Program-made: the position numbers and the translations under genes
Notes under the pieces: model-generated
Told to the model about the DNA's origin: nothing
Database searches by the model: none
The model's input: the letters and a program-made list of their open reading frames with translations, nothing else
Shown: positions 10,066 to 20,000 of the stretch, in pieces
Layout of the letters: each line of letters starts with the position of its first letter
How positions within the stretch are numbered: the first letter of the stretch is position 1
Assembly (NCBI RefSeq): GCF_000181795.1
Contig: NW_003526944.1
Location: 4,365,094 to 4,385,093, forward strand
Length of the DNA: 20,000 nucleotides
Origin: Trichinella spiralis
Taxonomy: Eukaryota
Reading direction: 5' to 3'

Positions 10066-13000
10066 ATGACATCGCGCTATTGGGGTGAAGAGAAGCAAGC
10101 CGACGTCCATTATGAAGTTTATCTGAAGAAAGTTTGCTATCACAGTGACGGTCGTCATTGGAAAAGTAGCCATCAAAATGCCAAATTAACCAATTGTGCA
10201 GTTGCTAAATCACGACTGGTAATGTTATTGTTGTTGTTGTTGTTGTTGTTGAACATTTCAGACAATTATTATTTCTCGCATTAATTAATTAATTAATTTA
10301 TTTATTTGTTAAGAATGTGCTCAGGTATAATTTGTTCAACGGTTGGACGGATCGTGATGTTGAGGACGATCGTCTGGAATGGGAAACGATCAAAATTCGC
10401 GTTATAAAAGCGGCCACATTGCAAAAATGGGTACTGGATATGGTGCTGATTGAAGACGACTGCGCTCGTGGATATCTTTTTGAATTGTTCTTTGAAACCT
10501 ACCGCGCCGTTGCCACTCCCATGGACGTGCTGCGTATTATTCTTTCAGAGTAAACAAAATGGAACAGAAAAAAAATTTTTTTTTAATGATGAACCTAATT
10601 AAAATATTAAATCAACAACAAAAGTGATCAATTTTTGTTTGTATTTTTTTTAGCTTGCAAACTTTGCTGAACGACAACGGCCGTGTACGACGTACGGCTC
10701 AGTGTCAGTGGAAATTTCAGTAAAATTTTTTTTTGTTTTTTTTGTTTTGTTTTGTGAAAGAGATTTTTCTTTTTTTTTTCGAATATTTTCTAGAACCTGG
10801 TGCACAGTTTTGAGACGTTGGTTGGGTCGTTATCCGGAAGATTTCGACGAATATCCAAAATATACGTGTCTTGGTGAAATTGTGGAATTTTCACGGAAAA
10901 ACAACGACGTTTTGGATTTGTTGGCGGAAAAAGCAACGACTATGCGTAGTCAATTTACACGCCAAATTATGCTTCCAAAATGTACGAGTTGTTGTTGTTG
11001 TTGTTGTTTGGATTGAATTTAAATTTTTAAGCACAAAACAAACAACTACTAATAATATCTATTGTTTAGTTTCATTTGTGCAAAATGGACTGCTTTCTGC
11101 TGACATGTTGGACTATGTTGGCAATTGTACCATGTCACGTCATTTGGATCTAACCCACATGGATCCGCTTTACATTGCTGAACAATTGACCTGCATTGAT
11201 GCGGTATTTTCTTGTTTGTTTGTTCTTGTTTTGAATTTTAAATTTGCATATTGTTTCTATTCCCTTTTTAAGGATCTGTTCAAGCGGTTGATCTGCTATC
11301 AGTGTCAGAGTTACTTTTGGTCGCGTCGATTCAAATCGTCCTCGGCCGGCGACTGTGTCAACACCGTACGTGCCACAGTAGACCAGTTCAACGCTTTGGC
11401 CCGGCGCGTGATGGCGTCGGTCGTTTACAACATACACGAGAAAGCTTATTACCGGGCCAAAGTGATTTGCTGTTGGATACTGGTTGCTCAAGTTTGTTTG
11501 TTTGTTTGTTTGTTTTCTTTTATGGCATCGAGGTGGTATGCAAATTTCGTTTGGCTTTTCAAGGAATTGCGTTCGTTGAAAAATTTCAACTCACTCAAAG
11601 CGATCCTGTCCGCTTTGCAAAGCGAACCCGTCTACCGGCTGCGCAGCGCCTGGTCGCTCGTGTCCGCCGACGTGTTGGACTTTTTCCAACAGTTGTCGCG
11701 CGTGTTCGGCGAAGACGACAACAGCGCCGCCATTCGGAATTTGCTCGTCAAAGAGGGGACTTCGAAAACGGCCGTCGGCTTTGGCGCCAAAACCAGGCGA
11801 GTCAAATTGAAGCGCTACCGGCGAACCGCCAGTTGTGACATGGTACATGATTTTTGTTTTTTTCCACTGTTTGTTTATATGTTTGTTTGTTTGTTTGTCC
11901 CTAGCTCGAAGTTCGCGGAACTGTTCCTTATTTGGGTACGTTTTTGACTGATCTTAGTATGATCGACACGGCCTTTTCCGACTTTACTTCCGGTTTGTGA
12001 AATTCTTTTTTCATTTCATTTCATTTCCATTTTTTTCACATCATTTCCACATGCAGAAGGTTTGATCAACGTCGACAAACGACGTCGTGAATATGATGTC
12101 ATTGGTCAAGTGAAATTGATACAGAAAAATGTCAAATATTACCGCATAAAAATGGATCCGAAATTTTGGGTTTGGTTTCGTGCACTGCCGGATTTGGACG
12201 AAAAGCTCTGGTATATATGTTAATTTGCTTTATGACAACAAAATTAAAACAAAATCAATTTGCTACAATTTTTCAGCTACGATTTATCCTGTTGCATTGA
12301 GCCGACCAAAGACGAATGTTCAGTCAGTTGTTCGAAAATTTGCTCCCAGTAAATTGTTGTCGTTGTTAGTTTTGATATTATTTTTCATATTTTCTTTTCG
12401 CAGATTATTTTCCGAAGATGAATTTTCCAATTCGAGCTCCGGTTCGCCGAATCGCTTGGCCAGTCGCCGTCGTTGTAGCCAACTGTTGTCGGCTGTGAAG
12501 CTCCGCGAGCGGAGCATCTTCTACCAGCCGTTGAAGGACGACACTTCCACGGCTAACTCAGCTAATCACGGGTCGGGGGCTTCTTCTTCCAACAGTCAGC
12601 AGCAACGGTCGCCGGTCAACGCCGACTGCTACATCGTGCGGGTGACGTTGGAAAAGTCGCTCCAAGGTGACGTCAACTACGAGACGTTGTACAAATCGGT
12701 CAAGGTGGGCTCGGATTGCAATTTTGATTATTTTTTAATTTCAATTAATTCAATCGATTTATTTTTTTTTTGCTTTTAAGCTGGAAAATTCCGATCGTAC
12801 CAGAGATTTGATCAAAAAAGCTTTGGCCAAGCACAACGTCAACGCCAGCGCCGATCAATTCAGCATCGTTCAAATACTGCCTGACGGAAGTGAGCATTCG
12901 CAGCATATTATTGTTTTTTTTAATTTGCATAATTGTTTTTTTTCTTGGTTTTCAGAACAGCTTCAACTGCCGGAACAGGCGAACGCGTTCTACGCGGCGG

Positions 13001-13137
13001 CCAGTCGGATGGACAAGATGACGTTCATGTTGAAGAAGAAAGAACTCGGTTCCACTCCGTCTGTGCAACGGTCGGACAGTAGAATGTCCAGTTGTTTGTC
13101 CCGGTGGAGCAGTACGGGAACTTTGGCATTTGTTTGA
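10066..13137 (+). CDS. rgl-1: Ral guanine nucleotide dissociation stimulator-like protein (REM, CDC25 RasGEF and Ras-association domains), 13 exons
   Basis: Exons 10066-10218, 10314-10549, 10654-10719, 10794-10981, 11070-11203, 11273-11491, 11564-11842, 11905-11992, 12057-12210, 12277-12348, 12404-12704, 12781-12889, 12956-13137 give 726 aa with consistent phases. REM: IKAATLQKWV...TYRAVATP, WLGRYPEDF. CDC25: IAEQLT, LKNFNSLKAILSALQSEPVYRL, GTVPYLGTFLTDL, GLINVDKRRRE. RA: DCYIVRVTL...YKSVKL...ANAFYA. Boundaries of exons 3 and 10 are less sure. Confidence 0.93.
10228..10251. repeat. (TTG)n microsatellite in RGL intron 1
   Basis: About 8 tandem TTG units. A similar tract lies at ~10988-11008 in intron 4. 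Confidence 0.9.
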
Positions 13138-13310
13138 TTTGTTTTTTTTGTTCTACCCCTCTCCCTCTCTGCCTGCCACTCTTTTTTTGTCGATTTGCAT
13201 GCTCGAACACACGCACACGCACACACAGCTCGAAGTTGATCATTTCAAATTTTCCACAATCCAATCCAATCAATCAACCAATCATTGTTTGAGAAAAAAA
13301 ATTTTTTTAC

Positions 13311-13420
13311 CCACTCTCTGACTCACTCACTCACTCATTCATCCAGTCAGTCAGTCTTTATGCTTGGTGCATTTGTTTGTTTGTTTGTTTGTTTGTTTGT
13401 CTGTTTGTTCGTTCGTTCGT
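13311..13420. repeat. Compound microsatellite (CACT)n-(CAGT)n-(GTTT)n-(GTTC)n downstream of the RGL stop
   Basis: Directly visible tetranucleotide tracts: actcactcactcactc, cagtcagtcagtc, tttgtttgtttgtttgtttgtttgtttg, gttcgttcgttcg. Confidence 0.9.
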
Positions 13421-14258
13421 TTGCTCATCTCGTCTGTGCTTGGTTCAACAGCGCCGCTGATCACGACGACGTTCTGTTTCTGTTTCAAGCTTCAAAAAGT
13501 AGCCAATTCTTCTCTTCTCAAGCGTTCATCTGTTTCTATTCACCTTCATCATTATCATCTTCTTCAATTTTCCCCTTTTATTTAAATGAAAAGAATTATC
13601 TTCCCCAAAAAGAAGAAAAAAACCCAAATTCAAAAATATTGAATAAAAATGACAGAAATGTGTTTTAAAAATGGATTGATCGATTGTTTGTTTGTTGCAG
13701 GAAAAGTTTTCATTTGTGTTGCGAGCATTTTCATTGAGCACGCCCAAATGAAGCATTAGTTGTTTGGGTAAGCTTTCATTTGTTCACTAGTTGCTGAAAT
13801 CACTTCAACTTACCCATTTATTTATTATACCTCTGTGAGTATTATGTTTCTTTTCACGAAGCATTTTACCGGCACGTAATATATATGGGATGAAAAAAAA
13901 ACAGGTGGAATCACCGGGAAATGAATTTTAATTGTTCTCAACAAAAAAAAGAAGAAAATGATTCACAACACACTGTGGCAATTGTTAATCTCTGTCTGAT
14001 GTATTTCGTGATGCTCATCGTCAAATGATGAAGCGGGTGAAATTCATCGGCAGCTCGCTTGCTTGCTTCAACAGCCGCCGCCGCCGTTGCTTTGTTCCAC
14101 AATGATGCTTTCATTGGGAATTTCAAGCCAGCATTCTTCAACACGCAAACATCGTCGATTTGCCTACGAATTTGCCGCCGAGCAGATTTTCACTTTCACT
14201 AGTAATCTGCCTGCTGGCGTGCCAGCCAGCCACAATCATCAACAACATTAAATTAAAT

Positions 14259-14279
14259 GAACAACAACAACAACAACAA
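14259..14279. repeat. (AAC)n microsatellite
   Basis: About 7 tandem AAC units in intergenic DNA. Confidence 0.85.
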
Positions 14280-15443
14280 TAGTAGTGTCTGGCATGTATG
14301 CATATATCTCAATACTTGTATCGACATGTCGACTGTTCAGATGATACTTTGGTGAGATGATCTTCTTCCTCACTTCCAAGTCATTTATTTATCCCTCTTC
14401 TTATTTGAATTCAATTTATTCTTTTTTGCTTTTTCTTTGATCTTTCAAATAATCCCTATTCTATACATACCTGTCGTGTAATACAACTGTAAGTGAATAT
14501 TTTTTACTTTCTCCATTTCTTTATTTAGGAAATTTTTTTGAATATTCCACCTACATACTTATTCATTATCATTTTGGCAAGCTGTTCTTCCTCTACTCTT
14601 CTTTTTTTTTCAAAACTCACTTGCAACAACAGGTTCCGTATTATTCATCACTCTTCACACAAATCAAACATATTTAATTTTTAACACGTTAAAAATTTTT
14701 CTCATAATTTCTTCTTCTTCTTCTTAAAAATTTTATTTATTTGATTATTATTCCACGTTTGTGGTAACTTCTGTGAATATTGAATTACTTAAAAGTCATA
14801 ATTACATTTTGCCTAAATTGTACCTTTATTTTATTTCAACATTTACAGTATAATGATAGAATTAATAAATGCAAATATATTTGCTTGTTGTTATTATCGT
14901 GAAGTGATCATAATCTTTGCGCTGGATGAAGTGAGATGAAATTTTCATTTGCACTGCTTCCAAAATTCTGTTTGTATATTTGTCGCAAACAAAAATCCAG
15001 CATTGTCTGACGTATAAATATGTATCAAAAGAATAAAATGCAGATTTTTCAAACGCTGAAAGTTTCACTAAAAATAAGCGAAATAAAAATATATGCGTCA
15101 CCGTTTTCCATCGCAGATGTATTTTTCGAACGTTCAATTATCAAGCGTATTGAATCATCTATTTCAAAAACTGCAAAAATAGTTTAATGATAACATCGAC
15201 GTTGGTGAGTATTTTTTCTTTTCACATTCAAGTAGAACAAGCAATTCAACAATATGTGGCGAAGAATCGTTGAACGTGCGCCTTGCATCAACGCATTTTC
15301 GAGCAGCATTGAAATAATATATTATAATATGATGTAATGTAATTTAATGGGATTGTCGATTTTTAGACGACGACTTTTGGCTAATCAAGCCTGAGAAACT
15401 CGAGCGAACGAGCGATATTTTCGAATAAAAGTTCCAATAAAGC

Positions 15444-16206
15444 ATGCTTCGTCGAAGCTACAGCTTTCAACAGACACGACCCGCGTTTCAGCGGTCGCGG
15501 TCATTGTCCATTTCACGTTCCTCATCGTTTGTGGTCAACGCGCCGTATACAATGTCCCACAGCGATTCGACCGTTTTCAATCGCACATCGCGCAGCTATT
15601 TACCATTCAGCACGTACAAGCCCTTTGTTGCGCCCGTCTACGGTGTCGTCCACAGGGCACCGAGATATTCAGATCGTTATCCGCACGTACGTTACAGCGG
15701 ATACGGAGAGGAAACTCCAGGTTGGTGATAATTCAAAATAACACAACATATCAACATTACTATTATGATTTTCTTTTTATACTTCTTCTACATCTTCTTA
15801 TTCATAACCTTCAGGATTGAACATTATCAACTATACAAGCACGCTGAAACCGTCCCATTACACGCAGAGTTACAAGCCGTTCAGACAATACATCGACAAT
15901 ACACTGTCAATGTACCACAGCAACATTAAACTGTCGCCATCATACGGCTACACACCTCCGCGTTATGGTACACCGTATCGGACATACGTGCATCACATGG
16001 ACGTGGACGACGCTGTAGATTTGTACAAGAAGAGGTGCATGACGTCGAGCGCGTTGGTGAAATATTGGCTCACACCGACCAATTCTGAAACGCGCAGACG
16101 TCGCGAGCTCAGAGAATTCGAACCTCTCTACCAGCCTAGTTATTACCGTATGAAAAATGAACTGCCACGCCCGTGGAGAAGTTTCACCCACCGGCTCATC
16201 AGCTAA
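15444..16206 (+). CDS. Uncharacterised basic Tyr/Ser/Arg/Pro-rich protein, 2 exons, 222 aa
   Basis: Exons 15444-15720 and 15815-16206 are joined by a phase-1 intron (CAG|GTTGGT ... CCTTCAG). Both exons are GC-richer than their flanks and join without stops. No signal peptide, TM segment or recognisable domain. Confidence 0.85.
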
Positions 16207-16520
16207 CTCTGCCATAAGTCATATTTATTTTCCTTGTTTTCGTGTTGTTTTTTCTCTTCTTTTTTCTCCAAACAACACCATGCATTATTCATTATTCCAG
16301 AGATTGCTTCACCCATTAAAGCCATTACAGTCGTCTCTTGCAAATTTCATTTTATTATATCAAATCACCAATGTGCAAATAGGCTTTGTTTCTTGATTTA
16401 TGTTCACACGCTCAATATTCTATGTGAATCGGAAAACGAAAACTACATTTACAAAATTTTATTTAAAACTAAAACAATTAGGTTATTTTGAAACGTTAAG
16501 CATTATTTATCATCAATTAA

Positions 16521-16770
16521 TTATGATTTGCAGAATAATAACGATGTAAGCCATAAACAAAACATGAAAACCGATAAGTCAAAGAAGATCATAAAATAAT
16601 AAAAGTAAGTTTCGAACGCTTCTGCTAAATCTTCGTCTTCTTCAGAATTTGCACAATCACGGGTACCTGCTTCCTCCAACTGCTCGGATATTTCGACGTT
16701 CTGAGACATCATCCCAGCTTCCAGTTGTGCATCCGTCAGCTTCGGACGTCAGCACCCATTCTTCGTTTCG
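16521..16770 (-). CDS. Possible terminal coding fragment (acidic stretch plus C-terminal hydrophobic segment) next to the assembly gap
   Basis: ORF 16712-16521 reads MMSQNVEISEQLEEAG...SEEDEDLAEAFETYFYYFMIFFDLSVFMFCLWLTSLLFCKS and has coding-like GC content. An in-frame TGA lies 13 codons upstream of the Met, and a second frame is open from the gap to 16657. The structure cannot be resolved because of the Ns. Confidence 0.3.
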
Positions 16771-17341
16771 NNNNNNNNNNNNNNNNNNNNNNNNNNNNNN
16801 NNNNNNNNNNNNNNNNNNNNNNNNNNNNNNNNNNNNNNNNNNNNNNNNNNNNNNNNNNNNNNNNNNNNNNNNNNNNNNNNNNNNNNNNNNNNNNNNNNNN
16901 NNNNNNNNNNNNNNNNNNNNNNNNNNNNNNNNNNNNNNNNNNNNNNNNNNNNNNNNNNNNNNNNNNNNNNNNNNNNNNNNNNNNNNNNNNNNNNNNNNNN
17001 NNNNNNNNNNNNNNNNNNNNNNNNNNNNNNNNNNNNNNNNNNNNNNNNNNNNNNNNNNNNNNNNNNNNNNNNNNNNNNNNNNNNNNNNNNNNNNNNNNNN
17101 NNNNNNNNNNNNNNNNNNNNNNNNNNNNNNNNNNNNNNNNNNNNNNNNNNNNNNNNNNNNNNNNNNNNNNNNNNNNNNNNNNNNNNNNNNNNNNNNNNNN
17201 NNNNNNNNNNNNNNNNNNNNNNNNNNNNNNNNNNNNNNNNNNNNNNNNNNNNNNNNNNNNNNNNNNNNNNNNNNNNNNNNNNNNNNNNNNNNNNNNNNNN
17301 NNNNNNNNNNNNNNNNNNNNNNNNNNNNNNNNNNNNNNNNN
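16771..17341. other. Assembly gap (571 N)
   Basis: Run of N. ORFs spanning it in the ORF track are artefacts. Confidence 1.
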
Positions 17342-17501
17342 TGTTTAATATGATTTGTCACCATTGATAACTGGTGTTAATGTACGTACAGTTACTCCCT
17401 ATATTAACAGTTTCCTGATTAGTAGTTCGTTCATTTTCTTTTTTTAATGCATTAGAAGGTTTAATGTTTACAAATGCTGTATTTTTGATTATAAATGACA
17501 G

Positions 17502-17858
17502 TGTAATAAATTCTTTGTCGCTCACGGACTCTTGCGAAACAATACCTGCGTTTGTTATTACGGTAGCATCCTATGGTGGCTGACGTAACTGTTTCGATAT
17601 GTATACATATATAGCTTGTATTGCGTTCGTGTGTATGTGTGATCTTGTCATCCTGATCGCGCTAGTTTTGATTGGCTTCATTTTGGTATTCTGACCCTCG
17701 TAGAATTCGTTGGTTTTGTTGATATTGTTGTTGGTTATAAAATCTTCAATAAAATCTACCCGCTACTACTTTGTTCTCTCGTCACGTTCGGAACGAACGG
17801 CGTTAATCAGCGGTCGATCAATCAAATAAGATTGACCTCCCGCGTGAAGAATATTACA
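17502..17858 (+). mobile_element. Solo-LTR-like element (357 bp)
   Basis: Begins TGTAATAAATTCTT and ends AAGAATATTACA, giving TG...CA termini with a 7-bp perfect inverted repeat (TGTAATA/TATTACA) that extends imperfectly. Contains a TATA-like CATATATAG near 17606-17614 and AATAAA at 17748-17753, and is GC-richer than its flanks. No matching TSD, PBS or PPT is visible. Confidence 0.55.
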
Positions 17859-18424
17859 GTCCACTGAAACTCAAGCAATCGAGTTTTGTCGTCAACAGAC
17901 AGATAGTTTTTTTCAAATTTTGTATCTTTGTTTAATTCTGCTTTTATAATGAATGGTTTATAAATTATGTACAATAATTGCAAAATGCTTATCTTCTGGC
18001 AGACATCAGCATTTGCATTGTATGATTAATTTGAGCAGTAACAGTTTTGTTATTTTATCAAGTTTAGAGTGCCATTGTTGATTCTTAACGTTGGTTAACA
18101 CAATTCCGTAATTGATTTCATTTCTACTTCATATTAACGGTATGCGTTTAATTTTTTGCTAGATCATTATTTTGGAAACCTCTGTACGCGTTCAAAAGTT
18201 GTACTATTTGATGAACTAAAATAGAGGTAATATAAAAGCTTTGAGAAACGCTCGACAAAATCACTTTGTTGGGGTAGCTCTTCATTGCTACATTGTGCAC
18301 GTTCTTATGAATGTTCATGACAAAAAGTTTTTGCAGAAGAGGAATTGAATCTTTTGCAGATATTTTAATGCATTCCCATATGGAGATGGTGAACGCTTGC
18401 TGCTGAATGTGATCTATCCCTTAT

Positions 18425-18670
18425 ATGGTGGCGGACCCCCTGAAAACTTTCTTGTTCTGTTTTAGCAGAAGTCGTAAATGATGGCAGCTGTTGCTTTTCA
18501 TACTTTCCTAGAAATCGATGTAGTATATGTTTGCTAGTTGGCACGGTCATTCTTGCGACCGGCTTTCAGCAGTTACCTTTCATATATCTTCCTCGTTTTC
18601 CCAATTTTCTTTCCAACTGACCGGTGGCCATCCTTCCAACCGATTTATATCCTGTCTACGTGATTTCCAT
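18425..18670 (-). mobile_element. Degenerate MULE/Mutator-like transposase C-terminal remnant
   Basis: The minus strand gives W...INRLEGW (NRLEGW at 18645-18628), then HRSVGKKIG after a 1-nt frameshift, and further on KYEKQQ...EQESFQGVRHHI. This resembles the TNNxxEGWH catalytic-Glu motif region of MULE transposases. Stops and frameshifts are present. Recognised by motif recall only. Confidence 0.4.
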
Positions 18671-20000
18671 TTGATTGTGAACGGTATCAATTGGTTTTGT
18701 TGTTAACTTTTTTATGCAAATTTGCCATTATTCTACTTTCACTTACATTATTTTATGCAAAGTTTTTTCTATTTCACTTCAAATGTCGCAAAAGTCTAGA
18801 AATGTCACTCACAGCATCTGATAGAGATAGCTTTTTAGGCATCATGAATGATTCTCATGCAGAGCCCAGGATTCTGAAGCGGGAAAAGCCTGTGCTTATC
18901 TCGCGGAAATGGTTGTTGAGATTTTGTTGTTACTCCCACTTTGAAAACGTGGGGACTTAGTGTTTTTTTGCAGCTTTCGGGTGAAGGGAGATGTTGCGTT
19001 TTGCATGCCCAATTGAGTTGGGGAAGTTTTGTTTTTTAAGAGGGGTGGGATGCTTTTCGCTAATAATTTTTTACATCCTATATTTGGTTGAGATGCTATG
19101 AGAATTTATTATTCAGAAGAACATTTAATTCAACGTTGAATGTGAAAACTACGCGCATAGTATGCAAATTAGCGTTGTTATATTTTATTGATTTTTTGAA
19201 AGTCAAAATCACGCTATAATCTTCCATTGTTCATGGCTAAATTGTAATTTTCTTCTTCATTTTGGAAATTGAATAAATTCTATGAAATTCAATTTTTATA
19301 AATGAATATTATGCATAACATTGAGTGTAGTCAGACAAATTAAAAGTGTAAAGCTGACCTATAAAAGTATGAAATAGTTTTTGTATGAAATGCGTTTATT
19401 CATTTTCATTTTGCATATTTTATAACATGATGTGAACAGTGTCATCTAGTATTGTGAGAAGATAATTTTCACTATTCGCTGATTTTTGCTGACATTATTT
19501 TTTCCCAATTTTAAACTATACTTCAATTATAACTTAAATGAATTACAGTAATAATTATATTAGTCAGCAACACGTATGTAAATTATTTTCAAACATTTCG
19601 ATATTTTAGTTTTTATATTTTCACTCTTTTGTTAATACAAAGAACGTTATCAAAAACAAAACTGTGCTTTTCATGATAATAATAATTTCAATTATGAAAG
19701 AAAGGGATTGTAATAGATCTAATTGGTATTTATTTAAATAGAAATGTAAAATTTCAAACAAATAAGTTGACAATGAGAAATTAAGTAGCAACAATAATTT
19801 GTATGCTTATTATAAATAGAAAAATTGTTTCATTTCATTCGGCAGTGGAGACGTCCGCATGTTCGTATTCCACTGATGGTTGATGTGCTCATTTGGGGTA
19901 TCACCAGTAACCTATATAAAAGGACTTAATCAGGGTCTTTACCATGATCCTGATTGGCTATCAGCAATGGCAAGAAGTAACATTCCTTCGTAAGGGAAAA

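Noticed and set aside
11150..11848. Overlapping antisense and alternate-frame ORFs (113, 178 and 85 aa)
   Set aside because: Shadows of GC-rich RGL exons with no independent motifs.
10871..11947. 358-aa ORF as a single-exon or membrane protein
   Set aside because: It is RGL exons 5-7 read through stop-free introns. The hydrophobic stretches are T-rich intron sequence.
13092..13756. Several 60-127 aa hydrophobic ORFs after RGL
   Set aside because: Produced by (GTTT)n and (CACT)n microsatellites in the probable 3' UTR.
15374..15392. CTTTTGGCTAATCAAG resembling the U2 snRNA 5' region
   Set aside because: The match is short. The branch-recognition sequence GTGTAGTA and an Sm site are absent.
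16749..16757. In-frame TGA after Gly-Cys on the minus strand (GC*R) as possible selenocysteine
   Set aside because: No convincing SECIS downstream, no selenoprotein-family context, and it lies about 20 nt from a contig end where errors are common.
16649..17364. Three 200+ aa ORFs in the ORF track
   Set aside because: Artefacts of translating through Ns.
1..20000. CRISPR arrays, tRNA, rRNA, spliced-leader RNA or prokaryotic defence systems
   Set aside because: No repeat-spacer array, cloverleaf, rRNA or SL signature was seen, and the DNA is intron-containing eukaryotic sequence.

Overview
This is eukaryotic, AT-rich genomic DNA with short GT-AG introns (mostly 53-130 nt). Protein sequences and intron style suggest a nematode, possibly clade I/Trichinella-like (inference). 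Five genes could be spliced by hand with consistent intron phases: the 3' part of pyruvate dehydrogenase E2 (DLAT, +, 5'-truncated, ends 1949), a convergent LITAF-domain gene (-, 2269-3343), cytochrome c1 (+, 5745-7191), a 13-exon RalGDS/RGL Ral-GEF (+, 10066-13137) and a 2-exon Tyr/Ser/Arg-rich protein of unknown family (+, 15444-16206). After these come a possible coding fragment running into a 571-N assembly gap, a solo-LTR-like element (17502-17858), a decayed MULE-transposase-like remnant (~18425-18670) and a hairpin-rich stretch at the window end. I do not see a clearly new multi-gene system. The best leads are the orphan protein, three stop-free in-frame introns in RGL, the divergent cytochrome c1, a small C/D-box kink-turn-like element and the mobile-element relics.
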